64,000 nucleotides of DNA from Eubacteriales bacterium (GCA_045649045.1 JAZRPF010000012.1:1742-65741); one strand, 5' to 3'; positions 34,875 through 44,554 are shown, counted from the stretch's first letter. The notes: generated by a model from the sequence alone, not told the origin. Numbers and translations are program-made.

Positions 34875-35753
34875 ATGAAAAAAGGCGCGAATGTGGTACT
34901 CAACAAGAAAAAGAATGAGTTTGAGCTTGACGAGGACTATGTAGTCCATTGGATATCCAACGAGCGACACTGCTCCGAACACACACACTCATATATTGAA
35001 TTTGTTTATCACGGTTCAGGCTCTGCACTTCATCATGTGAATCGCATTGCATATCCGATGAAAAAAGGCGATCTTCTTTTAATTGACCAAGGTGGCGTAC
35101 ATTCTTTTGAGTCAAAGTCCAATATCAAATATTGCGATATTATGCTCAAACCTTCGTTTTTTGACAAAAACCTTGGCAAAGGAGGAGGACTGGATGCCGT
35201 GCTGTCTCTCGAAGAATTCCGCACCTTTCTATCGGAGATTCGCAAAGGGCAACGCTTGATTCATTTTTCGTCGGAAGAGCAGAAGAAGGTAGAGCTTCTT
35301 CTGCAAGTGACAATCGAAGAACAGAGAAACGGACAAAACGCCACCGAGCAAATGAAGCGTTCGGCACTCTATATGCTTTTGACGATGATCTTTCGCAAGA
35401 TGTGCGAGCCCGAGCGCCTTTCGGTCAATCACGAACTCACCGAGTATATTGCGGCACATTTTCACGAAGGACTGACTGCGGGGCTGCTTGCCGAGCGATG
35501 CGGATATACGAAGGAGCATTTCTCCCGCAAATTCAAACAATACACGGGAAAGAATTTTTGCGCATATTTGAACACCCTCCGTCTGTCGCGCGCCGAAGAG
35601 CTTTTGCTCACCACCGAAAAGAGTGTGGATGAGATTATTGATTTAAGTGGATTTTCAAGCCGTGGAGAATTTTTTCAAAAATTCCAACAGAAGTTCGAGA
35701 AAACGCCATTACAATTCCGCAAAAGCAAAAGAAGTCAAAAATCGGTACAGTAA
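34875..35753 (+). CDS. AraC-family transcriptional regulator (cupin sensor plus HTH)
   Basis: An AAAGGAG RBS is present. It has an N-terminal cupin-like domain and the C-terminal pattern ...YTKEHFSRKFKQYTGKNFCAYLNTLRLSRAEELL...GFSSRGEFFQKFQQKFEKTPLQFR. Confidence 0.85.
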   Translation: MKKGANVVLNKKKNEFELDEDYVVHWISNERHCSEHTHSYIEFVYHGSGSALHHVNRIAYPMKKGDLLLIDQGGVHSFESKSNIKYCDIMLKPSFFDKNLGKGGGLDAVLSLEEFRTFLSEIRKGQRLIHFSSEEQKKVELLLQVTIEEQRNGQNATEQMKRSALYMLLTMIFRKMCEPERLSVNHELTEYIAAHFHEGLTAGLLAERCGYTKEHFSRKFKQYTGKNFCAYLNTLRLSRAEELLLTTEKSVDEIIDLSGFSSRGEFFQKFQQKFEKTPLQFRKSKRSQKSVQ

Positions 35754-35828
35754 GAAATCAATATTTGCAATTGTTTTGATCTTTTGCTCACGATATAATG
35801 AGTAAAAAACCTTTATTTATTAAGGAGT

Positions 35829-37655
35829 ATGGAAATGAAATTCGAAGGATTGATCAACCAAGCGGCAGATTTTGTGCAGAGGAAACAGCTATGCAACCGT
35901 GCGCTTTGGGCAAAATTTGTGGATCTATATCGCACAAGGCCCGACGCGGAAAACCAAGGCTGGCGCGGAGAGTTTTGGGGAAAGATGATGCGTGGCGGCG
36001 CGCTCGTGTATGAATATACGCGTGACGAGGAGCTTTATTCAGTTCTCACCGAGTCGGTCAAGGATATGATGACGGTTGCCGAGGAGGACGGTCGCGTTTC
36101 TACCTATACGCGCGAGACAGAGTTTGACGGCTGGGATCTTTGGAGCCGTAAGTATGTGATTCTCGGTTGCGAATATTATCTTGACATTTGTCGGGATGAA
36201 AAATTGAAGGCGGAGATTATCACATTTCTTTGCCGAACCGTTGACTATATCCTCTTGCATATCGGTGCGGACAAAAAGAAAATCACTCGGGCATCGCGCC
36301 ATTGGTACGGTATGAACTCCGCTTCGATTCTCGAGCCTATCGTTCGTCTTTACCGTCTGACAGGAAATCATAACTATCTGGATTTTGCAACCTACATTGT
36401 AGAGGAAGGCGGTGCCTATGGAATCAATATTTTTGAGTTAGCGTTGGAGAACAAGGTTTACCCCTATCAGTACGGTGTTTCCAAGGCGTACGAGATGACC
36501 TCTTGCTTTGAGGGGCTTTTGGAATATTACAAGGCGACGGGCATTGAGAAATACAAGACCGCCGTGATCAACTATGCCGAAGCCGTGTTGCGCTCCGAGA
36601 TTTCGATTATTGGCAGCTGTGGCATTACCAACGAGCTTTTTGACCATACGAGAACCCGTCAGACAGTCCGCCTCGACGATGTGTGTCAGGAGACCTGCGT
36701 TACTGTAACATGGATGAAATTCTGTTCAAAGCTTTTAGAGCTTACGGGGGACAGTCAGTATGCCGATGCGATGGAGCAGTCCTTCTATAACGCCTACCTC
36801 GGCGCACTCAATACCGAGGAAAAGGAAAGTGACTATGTATTGAAGAAATTTGCGTCGCAAGGTGTGGTTTCTACCGTTCTGCCCTTTGATAGCTATAGCC
36901 CCCTGACACCCGCCAAGCGCGGACAAATTGTCGGCGGAAATCAGCTTTTGCCCGACAATAGCTATTATGGCTGTTGCGCTTGTATCGGTTCGGCGGGCGT
37001 GGGCGTCTTTGCCAAGAGTGCCATCACCGTCAATGACGCGGGAATTACCGTCAATTTCTTTGAGCAAGGAAGTGCCGAGGTGGAAGTTTTGGGCGTCAAG
37101 GTCAAGCTTTCGATGGAAACGAAGTATCCTGTGGACGGAGATGTGAAGATCATCCTTCACGCCGAGCGTCCCGTCGAATTTTCCTTGAAGCTTCGAAATC
37201 CCGCTTGGGCAGAGATGCCCAAGGGATACACCGAATATAAAAAGGTCTGGAGTGACGATAGCGTATCAATACACCTCGATATGCCAATTCGACTGCATAT
37301 GCCGGAGCATTGGACCGAAGATCTCATTTATACTGACTTTTCGCAAAACATACCGGACTATTTTGCGACCGGGCCGATAACCGTATTTCATGAGGAGCGT
37401 GACGACCACTGTTTCGCCGTCACGAGAGGCCCTTTGACCTTGGCGGCAGACAGCCGTATGGGCAAGGATGCCGATTCGGTCTTTATGGGCTCTTATGAAG
37501 CAACTTCATGCGAACCGAAGATTACCGCTGGCGTTCCGTGTCTTGTCAAGCTTCACTTTACACCGAAGGACGGAGAAGAATACGATCTTGTCGATTACGC
37601 CTCGGCAGGTCACGATTGGGAAAACACCATCACAGCATGGTTGCCGACCAAATAA
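35829..37655 (+). CDS. Glycoside hydrolase family 127-like protein (DUF1680, beta-L-arabinofuranosidase type)
   Basis: The segment QETCVTVTWMKF...LTGDSQYADAMEQSFYN and the GCCAC motif parallel the HypBA1 Glu/Cys zinc site (ETC...CC). The start is ATG 35829 or 35835. Confidence 0.7.
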   Translation: MEMKFEGLINQAADFVQRKQLCNRALWAKFVDLYRTRPDAENQGWRGEFWGKMMRGGALVYEYTRDEELYSVLTESVKDMMTVAEEDGRVSTYTRETEFDGWDLWSRKYVILGCEYYLDICRDEKLKAEIITFLCRTVDYILLHIGADKKKITRASRHWYGMNSASILEPIVRLYRLTGNHNYLDFATYIVEEGGAYGINIFELALENKVYPYQYGVSKAYEMTSCFEGLLEYYKATGIEKYKTAVINYAEAVLRSEISIIGSCGITNELFDHTRTRQTVRLDDVCQETCVTVTWMKFCSKLLELTGDSQYADAMEQSFYNAYLGALNTEEKESDYVLKKFASQGVVSTVLPFDSYSPLTPAKRGQIVGGNQLLPDNSYYGCCACIGSAGVGVFAKSAITVNDAGITVNFFEQGSAEVEVLGVKVKLSMETKYPVDGDVKIILHAERPVEFSLKLRNPAWAEMPKGYTEYKKVWSDDSVSIHLDMPIRLHMPEHWTEDLIYTDFSQNIPDYFATGPITVFHEERDDHCFAVTRGPLTLAADSRMGKDADSVFMGSYEATSCEPKITAGVPCLVKLHFTPKDGEEYDLVDYASAGHDWENTITAWLPTK

Positions 37656-37701
37656 AAATAAATAAAAGTAACAGTATATAAGAAATCAAAAGGAGTTATG
37701 T

Positions 37702-38418
37702 ATGATGGACAAGTTGGAAAACAATTTTGATGTTTCCTATGTTCAATTATCAAAAAACAATGTTGATTCCAAAGGACAATTGAAGAATTCTCCATGTGTC
37801 AGATTCGAGAATCCGCACGGCAAAGGCTTGCGAGTCATGTTTGTCGGAAACTCAATCACGCTTCACGGTCCGGCACCGAAGATTGGATGGCATGGCGAGT
37901 GGGGGATGGCGGCTTCGTCGAAGGAAAACGATTATGTGCATATTCTCGAAAGAGAAATCCGAAATACAGATCCCGAAGCTTCATTTTGTATCTGCCAAGT
38001 ATCCGATTTTGAAAGAGAGTATTGGAACGGAACCGAAAAATTTCCGCAATTTGAGGCTGCTCATCAATTCGGTGCGGATGTGATTGTTTTGCGTTTTATA
38101 GAGAATGTAGCAATCGGTAATTTTGACAAGGATTTGTTTGGGCGGGAGCTTGAGCAGTTGGTACAATTCCTTAATGGAAGCGGAAATGCTAAGATAATTG
38201 TGACAACGAGCTTTTGGAAGCATCCCGGCGATCAGGCACTCAGAGATTTCGCTGCTCAAAACGGATACCCCTGTGTAGAGCTTGGAGACCTCGGTGAAGA
38301 TGATTCTATGAAAGCGATCGGTCTGTTTGAGCATGGCGGCGTAGCACAGCATCCCGGTGATCAGGGAATGAAGGAAATTGCCGAGCGCATCATGAAAGCT
38401 TTGTCACCGTTGATTTGA
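37702..38418 (+). CDS. SGNH/GDSL-family hydrolase
   Basis: Block I is VMFVGNSIT and block V is QHPGDQGMKEIA. Confidence 0.65.
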   Translation: MMDKLENNFDVSYVQLSKNNVDSKGQLKNSPCVRFENPHGKGLRVMFVGNSITLHGPAPKIGWHGEWGMAASSKENDYVHILEREIRNTDPEASFCICQVSDFEREYWNGTEKFPQFEAAHQFGADVIVLRFIENVAIGNFDKDLFGRELEQLVQFLNGSGNAKIIVTTSFWKHPGDQALRDFAAQNGYPCVELGDLGEDDSMKAIGLFEHGGVAQHPGDQGMKEIAERIMKALSPLI

Positions 38419-38583
38419 TTTTTGTATGAAAACTAAAACCACCGAAGTCAAATGAAAGAGGATTGCGAAATAAAAACAAGAGAAAACAATGGTTGCTTTT
38501 TCAAATTTCAAGCACGAATGAAAAATCCAAATTCCCTTGTCGCATACCTGAATCAAAAGATGATCATAATAGGTAAGAGCAAA

Positions 38584-38616
38584 AAGAAAGCCGATCGTTT
38601 GATCGGCTTTCTTTTT
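38584..38616. terminator. Bidirectional intrinsic terminator
   Basis: The hairpin AAGAAAGCCGATC-gttt-GATCGGCTTTCTT is flanked by A-rich and T-rich runs. Confidence 0.65.
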
Positions 38617-38692
38617 GCTCTGTCAAAAACAGAAGATCATTCATGCTCGTTCAAAGGCTTTTTCGCTTGCTTCTTCTTTCAGTGTCCTGCCC

Positions 38693-38899
38693 TCATTTTA
38701 GCAATATCTTTCTTACAATATCGGAAGGGCGCATTTTATAATATTCCCGAAACTTTCGATAAAACAAGGACGGTGAATGAAAGCCTACCAATTCAATCAC
38801 ACAATGGATTGGCTCGCTTGTGTTCTCCAGAAGCGAGTACGCTATTCGCAATCGTACATCTGTAATTCAAAACCCATGATTCAGCGTTTGAATGATAGA
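38693..38899 (-). pseudogene. AraC-family regulator, 3' remnant with in-frame stops
   Basis: The minus-strand translation is ...SIIQTLNHGF*ITDVRLRIAYSLLENTSEPIHCVIELVGFHSPSLFYRKFREYYKMRPSDIVRKILLK*. This is a typical second AraC HTH. It lacks a start codon and the N-terminal two thirds, and it is interrupted by TGA. Confidence 0.55.
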
Positions 38900-38934
38900 T
38901 CAGGCGAAGGCAACATCACTTCACCTGAAAGGCA

Positions 38935-38993
38935 AGCGACCGCAACGGTAACCTGCTATAAGCAGGTCAGCTGTTGCGGTCGCTCTTTTTTTT
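38935..38993 (+). terminator. Strong orphan terminator-like hairpin
   Basis: The stem AGCGACCGCAAC...GTTGCGGTCGCT has a nested ACCTGCT/AGCAGGT stem and is followed by CTTTTTTTT. No intact plus-strand gene ends here. Confidence 0.5.
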
Positions 38994-39214
38994 GCGCTTT
39001 TTTAAGACTCTTTTTTGCATTCAACTATGGAATTTCGCCGAACCCTTCCACCTTACAAATGTTCCAAATAGCTTTGGAATGAATTTTTCATAAAAACGCA
39101 AAGTCAACCGACAAAGCTGACCGAAATATAACCCTTTTTTATCTTTTTTTGTTATTTTTTTGTTCAAAAGATATAAAAAAGCCTTGATAAACACCGAGAA
39201 ATATTGATATTTCA

Positions 39215-39243
39215 TTGACATTTGCGCCTATATGTGTTATAAT
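39215..39243 (+). promoter_or_regulatory. Sigma-A type promoter: TTGACA, 17 nt spacer, TGtTATAAT, with an AT-rich upstream region
   Basis: TTGACA lies at 39215-39220 and TATAAT at 39238-39243 with an extended -10 TG. It sits 265 nt upstream of the GT4 gene. Confidence 0.6.
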
Positions 39244-39508
39244 ATTTATGTATCATTATATCATACGCAGGGCATCATGGAAGAAAACTCGATGCTTTGG
39301 AAACAACAGCGCAAGATTATTCCGAAAGCAATCTTGCCGATGAACTCAATTTTGTTGATACTGATGCCGAGGTTATCAATGCAGACCTTGTCATGACAAA
39401 AACAACTGCGGAATATACATAACTCCCGACGACACCGAAGAGTTTTGTAGCACTATTCTCTCATGCTACAAAAAGATAGAAGAAATGAAAGGATCGGTAG
39501 AACCATAA

Positions 39509-40705
39509 ATGAAGTATTTGTGGATAGGCGTATGCCTTTCGGATGAACAGCGCGAATTTATTTTGAAAGGTGGCGCAAAAATACTTTCAGGCAATGTGTC
39601 ACAGGATGCATTGCTTGCAGGCCTTGAGCAGAACGGACTCTGCTTTGACAGTATAAACGGTTACAGATTGTCGCATTATCCCCTTTTTCCTCATAAGGTG
39701 ATACCTGAGTTCAGATGGTCGAGAAACGGTACTTCTTGTGACATAAGCGTAGGCTATAAAAATAAAAAATACATCTCTCACATCTACAAGACAAAGGCCC
39801 TTTGCCGTGCGGCAAAAGAGTGGGCGAAGAAAAACAAAGGTGAGGATGTCACTGTTTTTATCTATTCCATGCATTCTCCCTTTATGGCTTGCGCCAAGGA
39901 AGTGAAGAAAATAATTCCGAACGCAAGTATCAATCTTATTGTTCCCGATTTGCCTCAGTTTATGGATCTGCATATGTCAAGAATAAAAAAGGTGCTGAAA
40001 AAGCTTGACTGGAATAAAATCAAAAAACATATGAAATTTGTAGATAAGTACATTCTCTACAGCAAGCATATGGCAGAGTTTCTTTCTCTTCGTGACGGCA
40101 CATGGATGGTCATGGAAGGCTCGTTTGATTCTTCCCTTATCGTAGAAGACACGGTCGAAAAGTCTGATGATAAATTACCTGTTATGTATTCGGGCGTGCT
40201 TGACACACGATACGGAATACCCGAATTACTTGAAGCGTTTTCTTCACTTGATGACCGCTTTGAATTGTGGTTTACAGGTACAGGAAATGCAGTAAAGCTC
40301 ATAGACGAGTATGCACAAAAGGATGCCCGTATCCACAATTTTGGTTTTTTGCCTTCCCGCCGAGACCTGCTCTTAAAGCAAAAGCAGGCAGCAATGCTGA
40401 TAAGCACCCGCCGTCCCGACGAGGCGGCATCCGATTATTGCTTCCCCTCAAAGCTCTTTGAATATATGATATCGGGAAATCCCGTGCTTTCCTGCCGTAT
40501 CGGCGGAATTCCGGACGAGTATTTTGACTATCTCGTGGAAATGAAAAGCACATCACCCGAAGATATCAAAGAAGCAATATTGAAAGTGGCAGAAATGCCT
40601 GAAGACGAACGAAAAACGCGCGGTGCAAAATCAAGAGAGTTTATTCTCGCAGAAAAGAGTCATACATCTCAGGCAAAAAAGATGCTTGATTTTTCGTTGA
40701 ATTAA
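39509..40705 (+). CDS. Glycosyltransferase family 4 (GT-B, retaining type)
   Basis: The C-terminal region has a donor-binding, EX7E-like segment (...CFPSKLFEYMISGNPVLSCRIGGIPDE...). Confidence 0.8.
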   Translation: MKYLWIGVCLSDEQREFILKGGAKILSGNVSQDALLAGLEQNGLCFDSINGYRLSHYPLFPHKVIPEFRWSRNGTSCDISVGYKNKKYISHIYKTKALCRAAKEWAKKNKGEDVTVFIYSMHSPFMACAKEVKKIIPNASINLIVPDLPQFMDLHMSRIKKVLKKLDWNKIKKHMKFVDKYILYSKHMAEFLSLRDGTWMVMEGSFDSSLIVEDTVEKSDDKLPVMYSGVLDTRYGIPELLEAFSSLDDRFELWFTGTGNAVKLIDEYAQKDARIHNFGFLPSRRDLLLKQKQAAMLISTRRPDEAASDYCFPSKLFEYMISGNPVLSCRIGGIPDEYFDYLVEMKSTSPEDIKEAILKVAEMPEDERKTRGAKSREFILAEKSHTSQAKKMLDFSLN

Positions 40706-40724
40706 CTTTTTTTGGAGTATTATA

Positions 40725-41921
40725 ATGTTGAACATGCAACTTAGCAAATTGATGAAAGCAATGTGTATTGTTTGCTTTATTTTATTTGCTGTTGATTTTT
40801 TAGGTATTGGCTGGTACATTTTTGGCGTTACTTCTATGTTTGCCGTCGCCTATTATATAATAGCGAAAAAGAATATCATGATAGATGCTCAGTTTATGTG
40901 GGTGATTTTTCTTGGAGTGGCGAATTTTGCTATCATGTTTGTTCATTCTGATGCAAGCATCATTATCAAGACCGTAAAATATCTTATGTCACCAATATTC
41001 GGATATCTGATTGGCGTGACAGTGGCGTCAGAAAGAAAAAAAGGCGATAGCATTGTCAAGGTGTATATGATTGCCGTTATCCCTTATTTTATACATGGTA
41101 TACTCAATCTCCTTATTTTCGACGGAGAGATAGGCTGGGAAAGAGAAATACCGGATTTTTGGAATGGAGAATTGTGGAAGGCCACGCTTGCCTGCACCTA
41201 TTTCGCCATAGCAGCGCCACTTGGGTTTTTGGCACTTGTTTCAAAACGAGTGTGGAAAAAACTCGCGTACCTGTTTTTTACGGTATATGCGATTTACGCC
41301 TGCATTATCACTGCTTCCAGATCTGTCATTTACATAACACTTATCGTAATTTTGATGGAATTTGTGCTGTACATGCTTGAGCGCAAGCCTGTACACAGAG
41401 CTCCAATGCACAGAAGCACAAATAAAAAGGTAAAGGTGCTTTTGCAGTTCCTTTTGGTTATCGGGCTTGTCATGTTTTTACTTGCTCGGAATATGGACTC
41501 TCTTTCGTCTACCGAATTTTTCAGGCGCATGACGAAGCTTGATGCGTCGGATGAACCGAGAATCCATCTGTTCAAAAATATCATATTCAACACGATATAT
41601 TATCCCTTTGGAGATATGCCTTATCCCTATTCACACAATACCTGGCTTGACTTCCTTCGTGAAAGCGGATGGATAACCTTCATTTGCTTCTCTATCATAA
41701 CCGTTATAGCTATAAGACACATTATCATGATATACAAGGACAAATTCATGTCGCAGGAGTACAGACTCGCCGTGGTAGCGATGATGACAGCACTTCTCAT
41801 AGATATGTTTGTTGAACCTATACTGGACGGTGCGGCAATACTGTTCTGCCTGTTCTTCTATTTCCTCGGTGTCAATAAGGTTTATGTCAAAGAAGCACAA
41901 CGGAGAAAAAAGAATGGCTAA
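40725..41921 (+). CDS. O-antigen polymerase/ligase-like (Wzy-type) membrane protein
   Basis: It has about 10-11 TM helices and a Wzy_C-like loop (ITASRSVIYITL...). It sits between the GT and the flippase. Confidence 0.65.
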   Translation: MLNMQLSKLMKAMCIVCFILFAVDFLGIGWYIFGVTSMFAVAYYIIAKKNIMIDAQFMWVIFLGVANFAIMFVHSDASIIIKTVKYLMSPIFGYLIGVTVASERKKGDSIVKVYMIAVIPYFIHGILNLLIFDGEIGWEREIPDFWNGELWKATLACTYFAIAAPLGFLALVSKRVWKKLAYLFFTVYAIYACIITASRSVIYITLIVILMEFVLYMLERKPVHRAPMHRSTNKKVKVLLQFLLVIGLVMFLLARNMDSLSSTEFFRRMTKLDASDEPRIHLFKNIIFNTIYYPFGDMPYPYSHNTWLDFLRESGWITFICFSIITVIAIRHIIMIYKDKFMSQEYRLAVVAMMTALLIDMFVEPILDGAAILFCLFFYFLGVNKVYVKEAQRRKKNG

Positions 41922-43395
41922 GCTTAGAAATAACATGATATACCAGACCGTGTATAACATTCTGGCGGTTTGTATTCCTTTGCTTACATCCCCTTATCTA
42001 TCGCGCGTTCTTGGCGCTAAGGGCTTGGGAATATATTCCTACAATTACTCTATAGTCAACTATTTCATGCTTTTTGCTCTTCTGGGTGTTACCACCTACG
42101 GCATGAGAGTTATTTCACAGAGCAAGGACAAGACCGAACGAAGCAAGAACTTTTTCAGCATATATTCTTTTCAGCTTATATCCTCGTTTGCGTCCTTGAT
42201 TGTGTATCTGATATTCGTTGCTATATTCATAAAAGACGAAATCGCTTTGACGATTTCATACATACACGCCCTTTATCTCGTCGGCGAATGCGTCAACATC
42301 AACTGGCTCTTCTTCGGACTTGAAAGATACAAGTCGATAGTCATCAGGAACATCATCATCAAACTGCTCACCGTTACGAGCATATTTGCATTTGTTCATA
42401 AACCGCAGCATGTCGTTATATATGTTCTCATACTCGCACTCAGCAATGTGCTCAGCAACCTTTCCATCTGGCTGAAGCTCAAGGGTTGCCTTACGAGAGT
42501 TAAAATCACATGGGCAGACATAAGGTTACACATCAAGCCGAATTTGCTCCTCTTTATTCCCGTATTGGCGGCAAGTGTGTATCACATCATGGACAAAACC
42601 ATGCTCGGAATGTTCAGCGATAACGCAAACAGTGGTTATTATTACAATGCTGACAAGCTGCTGAACATACCGCTTGTTGTCGTTACGGGTTGCAGCTCGG
42701 TATTCATGACGAGGACCTGCGCTCTCTACAAGGATAATGACATAGAAAATGTGAAAAAGACACAAAACGAGTCGGTGTTTTTTGGTATGTGCATTATTTC
42801 CGCCGTTGCATTTGGCATATGCGCTGTCGCGTCCGAATTTGTTCCGTGGTTCTTTGGTGCGGGCTACAATCCATGCATCACTCTCGTGAAGTATTTCGCG
42901 ATGATAGTCATCTGCAAGACGCTTTCCACTCATACTCGTTCGGTTTTCCTTATCCCCGAAAAGAACGACCGTTCCTATGCCATCGCTATTGTGATTGGCG
43001 CACTCATCAATCTGGTTGCAAACTATGTTTTGATAGCATTCTTGAAGCTCGGTGCGTACGGTGCTACCTTGGCTACCTTGATTGCAGAATTTATAGTTGT
43101 CATGACGCAAATCATGCTCATGAAAAATCCAAAGTCAAGAGCTTTCTGCATAAAAGGAATTGCGTACAGCATGCTGTATGTGCTCGCGGGAGCTGTCATG
43201 ATGGTTGTTATCTCTATCGTTCCGTTGAACATAGCGAGCCTTACATTGAGAATGATTGTCAAAGTCGCCATAGGCGTATGCGTATATCTACTTGAATGTA
43301 TCATCATCTGGCGTGTAAAGCCTTCTCTCATGCCCGACATGATAGGCGAAACTATACAGCAAGTTAAACATAAAGTTTTGAAAAACAAGATGTGA
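41914..43395 (+). CDS. Polysaccharide flippase (MOP/Wzx family)
   Basis: The start MAKLRNNMIYQTVYNILAVCIPLLTSPYLSRVLGAKGLGIYSY is the typical Wzx N-terminus. ATG 41914 overlaps the upstream stop (ATGGCTAA). The ORF extension to 41809 lies inside the previous gene. Confidence 0.85.
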   Translation: MAKLRNNMIYQTVYNILAVCIPLLTSPYLSRVLGAKGLGIYSYNYSIVNYFMLFALLGVTTYGMRVISQSKDKTERSKNFFSIYSFQLISSFASLIVYLIFVAIFIKDEIALTISYIHALYLVGECVNINWLFFGLERYKSIVIRNIIIKLLTVTSIFAFVHKPQHVVIYVLILALSNVLSNLSIWLKLKGCLTRVKITWADIRLHIKPNLLLFIPVLAASVYHIMDKTMLGMFSDNANSGYYYNADKLLNIPLVVVTGCSSVFMTRTCALYKDNDIENVKKTQNESVFFGMCIISAVAFGICAVASEFVPWFFGAGYNPCITLVKYFAMIVICKTLSTHTRSVFLIPEKNDRSYAIAIVIGALINLVANYVLIAFLKLGAYGATLATLIAEFIVVMTQIMLMKNPKSRAFCIKGIAYSMLYVLAGAVMMVVISIVPLNIASLTLRMIVKVAIGVCVYLLECIIIWRVKPSLMPDMIGETIQQVKHKVLKNKM

Positions 43396-43398
43396 AGA

Positions 43399-43433
43399 CA
43401 AAGAACCGCAAGGAAAGGCCTTGCGGTTCTTTG
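43399..43433. terminator. Bidirectional intrinsic terminator
   Basis: The hairpin CAAAGAACCGCAAGG-aaagg-CCTTGCGGTTCTTTG lies between convergent genes. Confidence 0.7.
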
Positions 43434-43449
43434 TTTCGTTGATAAAAGT

Positions 43450-44343
43450 TTACTTACCTTCATACATTCTGACAAGCCGTTTTGCGCTCTCCGCGAGCTT
43501 TTTGACACCCTCAAAGGCATTGCTTGCATCATAAGCCGTCAAATACCTGTCGGCTTCAAGCGTGAAATAGCCCTGATAATGAATCTCCTTGAGTGCCTTG
43601 ACAACCGCCTCAAAATCAATCTGCATCGAAAAAGGAATCTGATGCGAATCATGCCACTTATCGTTGTCATGAATATGAAGTGCCTGCAATCTATGACCGA
43701 GCGCATGAATCATCTCTGCCGCGCTTGTACCAACCCCGCGCATTTCGGCATGTCCGATATCAAGACAGGCTACAAAATAGTCATCATTCACCGCGTCAAG
43801 ATGCGCGTTAAAGTCCTCGGGCGTCGCACAAGCGGCAAACATCGCTTGGTCCTGAACCTTATCCCAAAGCCACATATTTTCAGCTGCTATCCTGACACCG
43901 TGCTCCTTCGCAAAGGGCAAAAGGGCGGCATACATCTCGGCATTCTGCTCGGCACTCTTGTCATTATCGGGATGAATAATGCAAATATTGCCACCTGCTT
44001 CGGCAGTACATTCAATCGCGCGCTTCATACCGTCAAGACATTCGGGGTGTGTGACAGGAAAGGGCGCGTGCGATTGATTACACACAATCCCATGATCAAG
44101 TCCAATTTGCTTCAGTCGCCTGACAAATTTCAGGTAATTTGACTGACTGAGCGGATGCTCCTCCCTGCCCGGTCGGTTGTCATTTTCAAATCGCTTCATG
44201 CGAAACATTGAAAAATCCCACGCATCAAAGCCTGCCTTCGCCACCATCTCTACCGCTTTTTCTTCACCAATAAGAGCCGCAATTGATGCAATTTCTGTTG
44301 AAATTTTCATTTTTCGCCTTTTCTCCTTATTCATATTATTCAT
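43450..44343 (-). CDS. Sugar phosphate isomerase/epimerase (xylose isomerase-like TIM barrel)
   Basis: The pattern ...AKAGFDAWDF...IHPDN...ENMW...CLDIGHA...LHIHDN...TLEA is typical of the AP endonuclease 2/TIM-barrel family. The start is ATG 44343, 44334 or 44310. Confidence 0.8.
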   Translation of the reverse strand: MNNMNKEKRRKMKISTEIASIAALIGEEKAVEMVAKAGFDAWDFSMFRMKRFENDNRPGREEHPLSQSNYLKFVRRLKQIGLDHGIVCNQSHAPFPVTHPECLDGMKRAIECTAEAGGNICIIHPDNDKSAEQNAEMYAALLPFAKEHGVRIAAENMWLWDKVQDQAMFAACATPEDFNAHLDAVNDDYFVACLDIGHAEMRGVGTSAAEMIHALGHRLQALHIHDNDKWHDSHQIPFSMQIDFEAVVKALKEIHYQGYFTLEADRYLTAYDASNAFEGVKKLAESAKRLVRMYEGK

Positions 44344-44554
44344 GATGCTTTTTGTGAATTATCTGCAATACCTGTGTTAAAATTTTCATCAGAACCGCCG
44401 AGGCAACAACACCGACCGCCAAGGCAGATGCCAACTTTAATGTACTTAATGCTTTGTCTGTAAAAAGATTGCTGTCCCCCTCAAGCGCATAGACCATTGT
44501 ATAATAGAGAGATGCTTCATCAGTTCTCACGGTTTCTTTTTATGCAAAGAAACA

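Noticed and set aside
38452-38865. A 137-aa plus-strand ORF downstream of the SGNH gene
   Set aside because: It runs straight through a strong terminator hairpin (38584-38616) and overlaps the AraC remnant on the other strand. It has no RBS.
39021-39221. A 66-aa minus-strand ORF in the AT-rich spacer upstream of the GT4 promoter
   Set aside because: It is Lys/Phe/Tyr-rich, a translation typical of AT-rich non-coding DNA. It overlaps the promoter's upstream region and has no RBS.
44336-44530. A 64-aa minus-strand ORF (GTG start) with one hydrophobic helix, overlapping the start of the TIM-barrel gene
   Set aside because: It could be a small membrane protein. However, it has no clear RBS, a non-ATG start and no recognisable family, so I cannot support it as a gene.
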